A stretch of 64,000 bases of DNA from Octopus sinensis (Eukaryota): assembly GCF_006345805.1 (NCBI RefSeq), contig NC_043020.1, positions 12,214,001-12,278,000 of the forward strand, written 5' to 3'. Position 1 is the first letter of the stretch. The number at the start of each line of letters is the position of its first letter. The notes below the pieces were generated by a model that was not told where the DNA came from, searched no databases, and was given only the letters and a program-made list of their open reading frames with translations. Of this stretch, positions 1-14,122 are shown one piece after another. A program made the translations under genes and the position numbers.

Positions 1-779
1 ACATACATACACACACACACATACATACACATACACACATACACATACATACACACACACACATACATACACACACATACATACACACCACATACTACAT
101 ACACACACAACACTATACAACACACATACATACACCAACATACCTACACACACACATACACACACACACATACACCCATATACACACACACATACACCAC
201 ACACCCATACATACCACACACATACATACACACACACATACACACACCTACATACATATACACACACCACATACACATACACCAACACACATACATACAT
301 TACAAACACACAACACACACATACATACACACATACATACAACACACACACCACATACATACACACACATATACACATACACACACACAATACACAATAC
401 ACACACATACATCCACACACACATACATACATACATACATCATAATACATACATACACACACCTGCATACTCCACACATACATACACATACATACACACA
501 TACACACACACACATACACCATACACACATACACACACATACATACATACACACCACACACACATACATACACACACATACATACACACATACATACACA
601 CACACACACGTACACACGCACATACATACACACACACATACACACACACACACACACATACACATACATACACACACACATACATACATACACACACACA
701 TACATACACATACACATACACACATACATACACACATACATACACATACATACACACACATACATATACACACACACAT

Positions 780-810
<31 letters not shown>

Positions 811-1304
811 CACACATACACACACACATACACCACATACATACACATACATACACACACACACACATACATACACATACATACATACATACACACATAC
901 ATACACATACATACACACACATACATACACACACACACACATACACACACACATACACACACACACACACATACACACACACACATACATACACACACAC
1001 ATACATACACACACACATACATACACACACACACATACATACACACATACATACACCACATACACACATACATACACACATACATACACCACCATACATA
1101 CACACACAACACTACATACACACATACATACACCACATACATACACCACACACACATACATTACACACACACATACATACACACACACATTACATACACA
1201 CCACACATACACCCCATAACATACACATACATACACACACACACACATACATACACATACATACACACATACATACACATACATACACACACATACATAC
1301 ACAG

Positions 1305-1336
<32 letters not shown>

Positions 1337-2044
1337 ACACACATACACACACACACACATACACACACACATACATACACACACACATACATACACACAC
1401 ACACATACATACACACATACATACACCACATACATACACACACCACATACATACACACATACATACACCACATACATACACACACACACATACATACACA
1501 CATACATACACCACATACATACACACACACATACATACACACACACATACACACACACATACATACATATACACACACACATACGCATACACACACACAT
1601 ACATACATACAAACACACACACACACATACATACACACATACATACAAACACACACACACATACATACACACATACACACATACACACATACATAAATAC
1701 ACACACATACATACACACACATACATACACACACACATACATACACACACACATACATACATACATACATAATACATACATACACACACACATGCATACT
1801 CACACACATACATACACATACATACACACATACACACACACACATACATACATACACACATACACACACATACATACATACACACACACACACACATACA
1901 TATACACACGCACATACATACACACACACGTACACACACACACACATACACACACACACACACTACATACATACCCACACCCACATACATACACACACAT
2001 ACATACACACATACATACACACATACATACACATACATACACAC

Positions 2045-2076
<32 letters not shown>

Positions 2077-5000
2077 ACACCCACACACACATACATACAC
2101 ACACACATACACCACATACATACACATACATACACACACACACACATACATACACATACATACATACATACCAACACAACACATACACATACATACACAC
2201 ACCTAACACACATACACACACACACACACATACACACACACACACACATACACACACACACATACACACACAATACATACACAACACACACATACATACA
2301 CACATACACTACAACACCCTACATACACACACAACACCCATACATACACACATACATACACACATATACATACACACACACACCTACATACACACACACA
2401 TACACCACATACATACACACACACACATACATACACACACACATACATACACACATACATACACACAACATACATACATACACACACACATACATACATA
2501 CACACACACATACATACACTACACAACACACATACATACACACATACATACACATACATACACACACATACCATACACACACACACCACACACACACATA
2601 CACACACACACCACATACACACCACATACATACACACACACTACACCACATACATACACACATACATACACACACACAACATACACCAACACACATACAT
2701 ACATACATACACAACATACATACAACATAATTACACACACATACACACACACACACATACACACACAACACATACACACACACACACATACACAACACAC
2801 ACACACATTACACACCACACATACATACACACACACACATACATACACACATAATACACCACATACTACAACACACAACATACATACACACATACATACA
2901 CCACATACATACACACACACACCATACTAACACACATACATACACCACATACATACACACACACACACATACCACCACATACATACACAACACACATACA
3001 TACACACACACATACACCACATACATACACATACATACCACACACACACACACATACATACACATACATAACCTACATACACACATACATACACATACAT
3101 TTACACAAAACCATCCCATACACACACACACACACACACCCACAAACATACACATACACACACACACATACACACACACAACATACAACACACCTACATA
3201 ACACACACCACATAACATACACACACACACAACATACATACACACATACATACACACAACACACATACACCACACACACATACATACACCACAGACAACA
3301 CACACACACCACACATACACCACACACACATACAAACACATTACATACACACACACACATACATACACACACACATAACATACACACACATACAGACAAA
3401 CCACACACACCACATACATACCACACAACACATACACACACAAACATCCTACATACCACACCACAACACACATACACACACACATACATACACACACATA
3501 CACATACACACAACACAACAACACCATACACACACATACATACACCAACAGCATACATACACAACCACACACATTCACACACACACAGACAACATAACAC
3601 ACACAAACACTACACACAAATACAACCACACTACACATACACCACACATACATCACACACATACATACATACATAACAACACAAACACACACACACACAC
3701 ACAACACACACACATACACACACACAAATATACACAACACCCACATACACACACACATACATCACAACACACATATACATACACACATACATACACACAT
3801 ACCACACACCACATACATACACACACAACACATACACACAACATCATACACACACAACACACACATACACACACACATACATACATACATACACACCATA
3901 CATACATACACACATACATACAACACACATAACATACACACATACACACACACATACACACATACCCACCACACCACACCACAACCACAACCATACACAC
4001 ACACCAACCACACACACACACACACACACACCACATACAACACACACAACATATATACACACACATACACCACACACATACATACACACAACACATACAT
4101 ACACACACACATACATACACACATACACACATACAACACACAACATACATACACACATACACACATACATACACCACACACACACATACACACACCCACA
4201 CACACCACACAACACACAACACACATATACACACACATACACACAAAACATACATCACACAACATACATACAACACACATACATACAAACACACATACAT
4301 ACACACAACATACATACACACAACATACACACACACACACATACACACCACACACATACACACACACACACACACATACATACACACCACACATACACCA
4401 CATACATACAACACACACATACACACATACACATACACACATAACACACACACATACATACATACATACATCCACACACCACACAATACATACATACACA
4501 CACACATCACACACACATACATACACCACATACAGACACACATACACACAACACATACACACATACATCACACATACATATACACACAACACACACCACA
4601 ACACACATAACACACACACACACACACACATACATACACACACACACACATACATACACACTACACACACCACACACATACACACAACATACACACATAA
4701 CATACACACCTACACACATACAAAACACACATACATACATACATACACACACACATAATACACACAACACACATACATACATACACCAACCATACATACA
4801 CACACATACATCACCACACACATACATACACATACTAACACACATACATACACCACATACACCACATACACCACATACACACACAACACACACACACCAC
4901 ACATATACACACACACACACATACATACATACATACACACTCTCACACACACACACATACACACACACATACATACACACACATACACACACACACACAC

Positions 5001-5363
5001 ACATACACACATACATACACACACTCTCACACACACATACATACATACACACATACACACACACATATACATACATACACACACACATATACATACATAC
5101 ACACACACATATACATACATACACACATACACACACACATACATACAACACATACCAACACACTACTACAACACACACAATGTACATACACACACACACG
5201 TACATACACACACACATACATACATACATACACACACACATACATACACACACACATACATACATATACACATACATACACACACACACACACACATACA
5301 TACACACACACACACATCCACACATACACACATATATATATATATATAATATACATACCTATA
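1..5363. repeat. Complex (CA)n/(CATA)n low-complexity microsatellite tract
   Basis: Continuous CA/CATA/CACATA units over 5.3 kb; all ORFs here are MCVYV/HTYI-type translations of the repeat. Confidence 0.97.
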
Positions 5364-5606
5364 CATAGGGATTATTTCAGTCAGTTTGACCTCCACCTCG
5401 TGCTGGCTGTTTGATCTTGTATCAACCGAATGTTTAAACCTCTGAAATGGATTATTATTAAAATTATTATTTCAAATTTACCGAATCTATATTACATTTT
5501 CAGCAGTTTGTTATCTGACCATTATTATTAGAGATCTTATTCTTGGATGTGTACTAAATACCAAATTGGGTTCAAACTAAGCGTCTTCATTTCCGAACTA
5601 TAGTTT

Positions 5607-5996
5607 ACTAGCCGTATCGCCTGGCGTTGCTTGGGTTTGTAAGGGAAATAACTATAAAGCATTTTTAGAGTTATAGCCAAAAAATAGCAAAAAAATGCAT
5701 TAAAAATGGGAAAAAAATTATGGTAAATTTTTTTTAAATCGTTGACTTGTCGTAGACATTTTTAGAGAGTTACCTCCCTTTTATAAAAAAATATGCATTA
5801 AAATGGGAAAAATTATGGTAAATTTCTTTTAAAATCGTAGACTCATCGTAGAGGCGCGCTAATACCCAGAAGGGCTCGATATGAATCACGACTATAAGAT
5901 ACCCGGTTTTGGTTAAACTGCACCGCAAAATGTGGGAGTAGTTAGGATTCTAAATCGTAGGAGAACACACACAACCTCTCTTTTATATATAAAGAT
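5607..5996 (+). mobile_element. Non-autonomous Helentron/Helitron2-like element (HINE-type)
   Basis: Starts ACTAGCCGTATCGCCTGGCGTTGCTTGGG and ends ...ACACACAACCTCTCTTTTATATATAAAGAT, termini typical of invertebrate HINE/DINE-like elements; internal ~60-bp duplication (about 5697-5755 and 5795-5852). Classification by recalled pattern. Confidence 0.5.
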
Positions 5997-6146
5997 GTCC
6001 TTTCAAAATCTAGTTTGAGATGCTGTAGACATCCAGAAATAAGATATGGTAATGATGATGGTGAAAGATGTAGGGGAAAGGTAAATACTGGCTTCAGATT
6101 TTGATGTCAGGCCAGTAGTTTTAGGGATAGGGACCAAGTTGATTAA

Positions 6147-6356
6147 CCCTTTTGTTACCGTATTTATTTTGAGATGCTCTGTGTTTCTTTCAATTACTTT
6201 AAATATAACAAAGAATTTAATAAGATAACTTAGTTATCATTCAGCCAGTGTTAGGAACATAAATTGTGACTAAGATTTAGTGGAAGATTTTAATTCAAAA
6301 CAGGACATTTGTACTCAGAACCAGAGCCGGTTTCAGCCGGGTTGGTAATGAAAGGG
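6147..6356 (+). mobile_element. piggyBac-type MITE (TTAA TSD)
   Basis: TTAA (6143-6146) CCCTTT...TTACC ... GGTAA...AAAGGG TTAA (6357-6360); homologous inverted copy at 40084-40275. Confidence 0.8.
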
Positions 6357-6536
6357 TTAAATCAGCCCTCAGTAATTAAACAGGAGCTTATTTTATTGAA
6401 AGGATGAAAGGCAAAGTTGGCTGCAGCAGGATTGAAGCACATTTTTCATTTGTGAAGATGGTCATCCTCTGCAAAATTATAATCTTATTAAGAGCGTTGG
6501 AGAAAATATCATTTACTGCTTGTTGTGGCTCTTTAC

Positions 6537-6878
6537 ATTCTGGGTTCAAATCCCACGAAGATCAACATTGCCTTTCATCTATCGGTGGGTCAGAGTACCA
6601 GTCACAACATTGTCTTCCATCTATCAGGGGGTCAAAGTACTAGTCATGACATTCTGGGTTCAAATCCCACGGAGATCAACATTGCCTTTCATCTATCGGC
6701 GGGTCAGAGTACCAGTCACAACATTGTCTTCCATCTATCAGGGGTTCAAAGTACTAGTCATGACATTCTAGGTTCAAATCCCGCGGAGATCAACATTGCC
6801 TTTCATCTGTCTGGGGGTCAAAGTACCAGTCACAACATTTTCTTCAATCTATCAGGGGGTCAAAGTACTAGTCATGTA
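6537..6878 (+). repeat. Tandem repeat, 3 x 114 bp, derived from SINE B-box/core sequence
   Basis: Units start ATTCTGGGTTCAAATCCC at 6537 and 6651, and ATTCTAGGTTCAAATCCC at 6765; the unit resembles the GTTCAAATTCCGCCGAGGTCGACTTTGCCTTTCATC SINE segment seen at about 43725. Confidence 0.85.
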
Positions 6879-7088
6879 CTCAGGTTGATTAAATCCCCTC
6901 AATCCTTTCTTCCCCCCACCCCATCACTTTATAGTCTATCATCTACATTAGAAACAATTTACCTTTTTTTTTAAAAAAAAATCATTTCAGAGTATCAGTT
7001 TTCATTAAACATCAATATTTTCATTTTAATTGTAAAGCATTAAATCATGGAAGAGTTATTTGTTTATTAAAAAAAAACCCCTACAAAA

Positions 7089-7495
7089 CATCATCATCAT
7101 CGTTTAACGTCCGCTTTCCATGCTAGCATGGGTTGGACGGTTCAACTGGGGTCTGGGGAGCCCGAAGGCTGCACCAGGCCAGTCAGATCTGGCAGTGTTT
7201 CTACAGCTGGATGCCCTTCCTAACGCCAACCACTCCGAGAGTGTAGTGGGTGATTTTATGTGCCACCGACACAGGTGCCAGACGAGGCTGGCGAACGGCC
7301 ACGCTCAGATGGTGTTTTTTATGTGCCACCGACACAGGTGCCAGACGAGGCTGGCAGACGGCCACGCTCGGATAGTGTTTTTTATGTGCCACCGACACAG
7401 GTGCCAGACGAGGCTGGCAGACGGCCACGATCGGATGGCGTTTGTTACGTGCCCACAGCACGGAGGCCAGTCGATGCGGTACTGGCTACGGCCAA
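7089..7495 (-). mobile_element. SINE/non-autonomous retroelement 3' module with (GAT)n tail; internal 3 x 63-bp tandem
   Basis: Reverse complement of the GTGGTTGGCGTTAGGAAGGGCATCCAGCTGTAGAAAC...CATGGAAAGCGGACGTTAAACGATGATG module; 63-bp units at 7258, 7321, 7384. Confidence 0.8.
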
Positions 7496-7524
7496 TGTTA
7501 TTTATTTTCTAACTATTTCTTAAG

Positions 7525-7584
7525 AGTACCAGAAAGATGAAAAATTGGCAAGAGTCAGTAGAGTGTCAGGCAGAATGTGTCGTG
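7525..7584 (+). CDS. Candidate internal exon (unidentified protein)
   Basis: Pyrimidine-rich acceptor TTTATTTTCTAACTATTTCTTAAG, 60 nt, donor GTG|GTATTT; two frames open (YQKDEKLARVSRVSGRMCR or STRKMKNWQESVECQAECVV). No homology recognised. Confidence 0.2.
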
Positions 7585-7825
7585 GTATTTGTTCAGATTC
7601 TCTCTATACTGAGTTCGAAAATCCACCTAAGTCAACTTTTGCTTTTCATCCTTTTTGGGGTCAAAAAAAAAAAAAAAAAAAAATGCACCAACTGAAAGTG
7701 GTGGATCAGGTAGGAATTGAACCTGGGATTGGATACTTTGTGGTGTTTTAAGATCAAATTCAGACATCTGCTTTAATCTTTTAGTATTCAGCTTGCTCTC
7801 TCTCTCTCTCTCTCTCTCTCTCGCA

Positions 7826-8211
7826 ACTTATTTCAGTCATTTTGACTGCGGTCATGTTGGAGCACCGCCTTTAATCAAGCATCTCGACCCCGGGAGTTAT
7901 TCTTTTGTAAGCCCAGTACTTATTCTATCGGTCTCTTTTGCTGAACCGCAATGACGGGGACATAAACACACCAGCATTGGTTGTCAAGCAATGCTAGGGG
8001 GACAAACATACACGCACACACACACACATATATATGTATATATATATACGACGGGCTTCTTTCAGTTTCCGTCTACCAAATCCACTCACAAGGCTTTGGT
8101 CGGCCTGGGGCTATAGTAGAAGACACTTGCCCAAGATGCCCCGCAGTGGGACTGAACCCGGAACCATGTGGTTGGTTAGCAAGCTACTTACCACACAGCC
8201 ACTCCTGCGCC
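7826..8211 (-). mobile_element. tRNA-derived SINE family A (Octopus OK/OR-like), near full length
   Basis: Head GGCGCAGGAGTGGCTGTGTGGTAAGTAGCTTG with A/B-box-like motifs, internal (TA)/(TG) tract, 3' module ending CAGTCAAATGACTGAAA; an extra tail fragment at about 8222-8287. Confidence 0.9.
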
Positions 8212-8291
8212 TATATTTTACTCTCTCTTTTACTCTTTTACTCGTTTCAGTCATTTGGTTGCGGCCATGCTGGAGCACCGCCTTTAGATTT

Positions 8292-8326
<35 letters not shown>

Positions 8327-8400
8327 GTTTACAAATTTTCTGAAGAGAATTACATTTATTATCATTTCCCTTCTTTTTTTTTTTTTCTTTTTATTTCCAG

Positions 8401-8540
8401 GGAGCGTTGAAGGAACTATCAAGCTTGAGGAAAGTCTACGACTACTCGTCCAGGCCAACAACGGTTATTGTGCCTGTTTGCCAGCTGACTTCACTAAACC
8501 GATATTTCTGGCTGTAGTGGCGGCAATGCAGAGCAGTTAG
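8401..8540 (+). CDS. Candidate exon after a very strong splice acceptor
   Basis: Long polypyrimidine tract ...TTTTTTTCTTTTTATTTCCAG| at 8400; frame from 8403 reads SVEGTIKLEESLRLLVQANNGYCACLPADFTKPIFLAVVAAMQSS* (stop 8538-8540); the frame from 8401 is also open to 8517. Not identified. Confidence 0.3.
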
Positions 8541-9407
8541 AGCAGCAAAAGGCAATGGCGGCCAGCAGCAGCAGCAGCGACAGTGCAGTACAATGCAGTG
8601 CATTACCAGTGCAGTGCTGCGTTGTGCTGTGTGTGTGTGTGTGTATGTGTGTGTTGTGCCAACCAGCAAACACGGCCTTTTACTGAAAAAGCAGCCAAAG
8701 CAAAGGTGACAGTGAGGTTGCTCCTCCTCCACCACCACCACCACCACAAGATAAGATATAATATATACACACATCACATACAGACATATAGACACACCCC
8801 CTCCCTCTTTCTCCTCTCACAAATCACAACAAACTTTTTTTGTCTTTTTATAAAATGAAAATCTCTGCCAGAATCTGGTTTTTGTTTATTTTTCTTTTTG
8901 TTTTTTTTTTTTTTACACATTTTTTTTCTTTTATCTTTTCACAGCTTTTCAAAAGATTCGACCTCACCCACCCATCCATCCACCTCACCTCACCTCACCT
9001 CACCTCTACATGTTTCCTCCTCTTCACATGTAGTTTGAAATGACAGTTCTTAAAACCAACAGACACCCCCCCTCGAATCCACCCACCCCCACTCCATCCT
9101 TCCTGCTTCCCTTTCACAAGTATACCAAACAACTTTGGGACGGATATGGGGAGGATTAGAATTTTTTTTTAACATTTTCTTTTTGTTTTTCGTTTTTTTT
9201 TTGTTTTTTTTTTTGCAAGAATTGAATGGAAATTTTGTTGGAGATAAAAAAAAATTACTTCCTATGTCACCCTTACACACAAATATGGCATAAATTCTTA
9301 AAAACAATGACCACCCCTCCACACTTTTTCCCAATGACTAAACGTCTTTCATAGACACATTTGCATGTGTGTATATATATATATATGTATATATATATAT
9401 AGATATA

Positions 9408-9612
9408 CTAAGCAATAAAGGGTTTAGCAACGAATTGCCTTACCACATACCGAATTTAGAAATAGCAGTCAAAGAGTTATAGCTATTTCTTCTACTAAAG
9501 AGTTATAGCTATTTCTTCTTTTTAGTAGAAGAAATAGCTATAACTCTTTGACTGCTATTTCTAAATTCGGTATGTGGTAAGGCAATTCGTTGCTAAACCC
9601 TTTATTGCTTAG
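9408..9612. repeat. Perfect 92-bp inverted repeat (foldback element) with 21-nt spacer
   Basis: 9408-9499 is the exact reverse complement of 9521-9612; TA on both outer sides; the spacer repeats part of the left arm. Confidence 0.95.
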
Positions 9613-10409
9613 TATTACTTAAATTTTCCTCGAATGAGGCTTTTACATGCCGAAGACTACTTGGTGTAATTGATAATTATTCCAAATTAATTAATTTCAC
9701 CCTTCATTATTACGGATATATATATATAGACACATTTGCATGTGTGTATATGTATGTATGTATATATATATATATATATATATATGTCTAAAGATGCTTG
9801 GTGACATAACATTTGGATTATATGCTTAAAAACTGACCTTTACATTTTCCATAGATGTGGTATCTTCTTCAGTAAAAGATGACCCAAACTCATTGCATGT
9901 ATGCCTCAAGACAAAGTGACCCCTCTCTCCTCCCATATCTAGAACCGACTTGTTCAGCTTTGCTTGTATACCTCAGATCTCTTAAATTTGTACTCAGTGA
10001 ATGACAAGCGAAAAAAACACACGAGACCAGATTACCATTCCTCCCATATTGCATACAATTTTTCAAATTTATGCCACTCACACACACCATCTTGTCCTTC
10101 CACGGTATTATTTTTGATAGTTACTCTTCAGAAAAGTTGCAGATGACCACCTCACACTGTCCAGGGTGACATCACTTCAACCAGCTGGTTTGTGACACAC
10201 CAGACTGACCAGCTATTTTCTTTTGGTAATTCTTCTCTTAGTCTGCCTTTCTCTTGCACTCTGTCTCTCTCTCTCTCTCAAGGCCATCTGTGTGTATGTA
10301 ATATGTTTTTAGATATGAAATGAGTGCGTTTTAAGAAGCAGGGCCGAGATGCCTTCTCTTCTCCTCTCACTTTTGTTCTCCTTGTCATTATGTATCTATG
10401 TATTTGCAG

Positions 10410-10444
10410 CTAAGACTACCAAGGCCGCACAAGCCATGCTTTGA
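10410..10444 (+). CDS. Candidate terminal coding exon (xKTTKAAQAML*)
   Basis: Preceded by a long pyrimidine tract ending TATTTGCAG; phase-compatible with candidate exons 9855-9898 and 10165-10225. Confidence 0.15.
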
Positions 10445-10782
10445 AAAAAACCACTTGCTACCCCCCCCCCACACACACGTCTTAACAGATATATACAATT
10501 TATATGCATGCATATTTAGACCTATACATACATACGGATACACATATATGTACATGTGTGTATGTACATATATACATGTTTATATATATATATATATATA
10601 TAAACATGTATATATGTAAAAGTGTACATATACCTGTGCACATGTATATATACTTATAAGCATATATATATACTCATGTATGCATGTATAGCTATATATA
10701 AATGTCTATATGTATACATATATGTATATATTATATATGTGTACATATATATTTTATGTAGATATACATATGTATATACAAG

Positions 10783-10815
<33 letters not shown>

Positions 10816-10895
10816 TTAATATATACATATATGTATGTATGTATGTATGTATATGTGTATATATGTGTGTTTGTATGTATATATATGCATGATGT

Positions 10896-10995
10896 NNNNN
10901 NNNNNNNNNNNNNNNNNNNNNNNNNNNNNNNNNNNNNNNNNNNNNNNNNNNNNNNNNNNNNNNNNNNNNNNNNNNNNNNNNNNNNNNNNNNNNNN
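10896..10995. other. Assembly gap (100 N)
   Basis: Run of exactly 100 N inside a TA/TATG/CATA microsatellite (about 10480-11295). Confidence 0.99.
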
Positions 10996-12220
10996 ATGTA
11001 CAAATATATATATACCTTTCTCCCCTTTTCTCTAGCTTCTCTCTCTCTCTATATATACACACATATACACATACACTTATATACATACACTTATATACAT
11101 ACACATATACACACATACATACACACATATAGACACATATATATATGCATACATATACACATACACATACATATATACACACACACATATACACATACAT
11201 ATATACATACATATATATGCATACATATACATACACATATATACTTACACATAGATACACAAATCCAAATACACATATCCATATATACATATATATGAGA
11301 GAGGGGATATAGATGTAGAAAAGTAGGTATTGATGAATAGCTAGAAAGAATGAGATGGATTTTTAGGGGATAGTGATGTGTGTTGTTGCTATGGCGATGG
11401 TGAGAAATTGTGACTTGCTGTGATTAGTGTTTGCAAACTTTTGTTGCTAATTTTTAAAAGATAGTGATGACGATGACAATGATGATGGTGTAAAGTAGAC
11501 ATTTCTGGCAACACTAAACGTTGCGTGGGGGGCAATTTGGTTGCTAAGGAGAGTGTACAGAGCAAGAAAGTGATGGGGGGGGCAGTGGTGGTGGTGGTGG
11601 TTGTCTTGTTTTAGTCTTTGCTATACAGCTGCATGTTCTCCCTATTTGCAAACCACTCAACCATGAAGTTGCTCTCTGTCTCTGGAATTCTCTTCATGAT
11701 TGTTTCCTCTTGCTCTCTCTCTCTCTCTCTTTTGCAATCTCTCCCAACGTACATTGTTCAATGTTCACATACACACACACGCATCATTTACACTCACATG
11801 GTCTCATACACACACACACACACACACACCTCTATCTCCTACCCAGTCTCCCTCCCATACGAGGGCCCCCCCAGCTATTTTTCTCCTTTAAGGTCCCTAT
11901 TTGTAAACCCAGACCTCCAATATCATTCTCTATGTATTTTACAGTTTTTACTCTTAGTGTTGTTAAAGTTTTTTGAAATGTTTTTGGCAGAGGGAGAGTA
12001 AGTTTATCTTGGATAACAGGAGAAAGAGAAGGAGATTAAAACAACAAAGAATTTCATTTATTTCACCTTTGATAATGATGGGCATTCTCCTTTTTTTTTT
12101 TTTGTCTTATTTTTTTTTTTTCATTTTCAATAAATTTGACCAAAAATCCAAAAATGATTTTGTTTCTCCATATTCCAAAATATTTCCCCCCTTGTCTACA
12201 CCTCTCCTCCACTAATTTCT

Positions 12221-12558
12221 TTAACCCTTTAGCATTTAAACCGGCCATATCCGGCCAGATCTGGTCTCTCAGACCAACCCTACAATATCGTTTTAAAAAT
12301 TAACAGCTACCTCATCAAATTCTCATAGTTACAAGATAATGCACTTAAACTGGCCATATCTGGCCAAAAGTATTCTGCCTGTTTTATGTTCAAACTGGCC
12401 AGATCTGGTCTCTCAGACCAACCCTACAATATCGTTTTAAAAATTAACAGCTACCTCATCAAAATTTCATAGCTACAAGATAATGCATGATTAGCTCCAA
12501 ACAATGTGGATAAAAAAAGGATTAATTTTGGCAGAATGATGTGAACACTAATGGTTAG
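12221..12558 (+). mobile_element. Second piggyBac-type MITE family (degenerate right end, internal ~90-bp duplication)
   Basis: Begins TTAACCCTTTAGCATTTAAACCGGCC; duplicated segment at about 12253-12343 and 12397-12487; right end CACTAATGGTTAG resembles a decayed GCTAAAGGGTTAA. Confidence 0.5.
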
Positions 12559-12680
12559 ATATCTTTTCCTATTTTCTTCCTATTTCAGATTTCTTCAGAT
12601 TTCCAAAGTCTCCATCATTGCAAGCTTCAGATTCTTGTGAATTGTTTTTTTTTTTATTTCTCCAATTTTCCAAAACACTC

Positions 12681-13185
12681 ATCATCATCATCATCGTTTA
12701 ACATCCGCTTTCCATGCTGGCATGGGTTGGACGGTTCAACTGGGGTCTGGGAAGCCAGAAGGCTGTGCCAGGCTCCAGTCTGATCTGGCAATGTTTCTAC
12801 AGCTGGATGCCCTTCCTAACGCCAACCCATGCTGTTATGGGTTGGACGGTTCAACTGGGGTCTGGGAAGCCAGAAGGCTGCACCAGGCCCAGTCTGATCT
12901 GGTAATGTTTCTACAGCTGGATGCCCTTCCTAACGCCAACCCATGCTGGCATGGGTTGGATGGTTCAACTGGGGTCTGGGAAGCCAGAAGGCTGCGCCAG
13001 GCTCCAGTCTGATCTGGCAATGTTTCTTTGGCTGGATGCCCTTCCTAATGCCAACCACTCCGTGAGTATAGTGGGTGCTTTTTACGTGCCACCAGCACAG
13101 GCGCCAGACGAGGCTGGCAAACGGCCAAGATCGGATGGTGCTTTTTATGTGCCACCGGCACGGAGACCAGTCGGGGCGGCGCTCT
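12681..13185 (-). mobile_element. (GAT)n-tailed SINE module with 3 x 114-115-bp internal tandem amplification
   Basis: Same module as 7089-7495; units begin at about 12721, 12836, 12950. Confidence 0.85.
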
Positions 13186-13274
13186 ATTTCTAAATTCCTC
13201 AGGTTTTCAATTTCCTGCTTTTTCTAATTTCCCTCTGCTTCTAGTTCCTATATTTACCAATTTCTCATATTTTA

Positions 13275-13617
13275 GGTGCAAGAATGGCTATGTGCTTAAG
13301 AAACTGGCTTTGCAATCATATGGTTTTAAGTTCAGTCCCACTGCACAGCACCTTGAGTGTCTTCTAAATCCCTGGGTTGACTAATGCCTTGGGAATTAAT
13401 TTTGTATGGGGGAAACTGAAAACCCATTGTAACCAGCCACACCATGGTTGGTGTTGGTCTGTTTATATCCTTGTAACTTAGCAGTTCAGCAAGAGAGACT
13501 GATGGAATAAACACCGGGCTTTAAAAAAAAAAAGTTGTGTTGATTTATTTCACTAGACCATTCAAGGCAGTGACCCAGCATGGCCATAGTACACTGACTG
13601 CAACAAAACATAAAAGA
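13275..13617 (+). mobile_element. Degenerate SINE family A copy
   Basis: Recognisable but diverged head (GGTGCAAGAATGGCTATGTG...TTCAGTCCCACTGCACAGCACC) and 3' module. Confidence 0.65.
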
Positions 13618-14122
13618 TATTGTCACATGTCCATTTTTCTTATTCCTTCATATTTCTAAACCCTCCGTGTTTCTAATTCTCATTATTCATAATTACCAAT
13701 TCCTCTAAAGATATTATTGAAATTGTAGATATTTAAAAAATTTTTCTCGCTTCCATTCTTCATATTCCATATTCTTCATATTTTCAGGTTTTTCCAAAGT
13801 TCCATATTTCTCACATTTTCAGATTTAAAATTTCTCCCTATTTCAAATATTTTCTATTCCAAATCTTCATATCATCTTCTCCAAATACGAAATTCTTTAT
13901 AATTCGAAGTTCCAATCACTTTGTGTTTCCAAAATCTCCATATTTCAAATTCTTCTCTGAGTCCAGGTTCTGCATATTTCGAATATATCCATACTTCCTG
14001 TTCTATGATATTTCACTGTACTCTGACCAATATACAAGACTAAACACTTCCATCCACTTAGTGCCATGTAGGTGCCATATTTCTTATCCAGAATATTAAA
14101 CTCTTAAAAGCTCAGTCCACAA

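Noticed and set aside
248-5396. Long ORFs (up to about 400 aa) rich in C/V/Y/M, H/T/Y/I, I/Y, R/E, N or L/Y/S, here and at 17-18, 45-48, 51-53 and 56-57 kb
   Set aside because: They are translations of CA, TA, GA, AAT and GATA simple repeats, which lack stops in several frames.
6537-13065. Recurrent ~114-bp period in two unrelated tandem repeats (and 110 bp in the satellite)
   Set aside because: The sequences are unrelated and three cases are too few to infer a length constraint.
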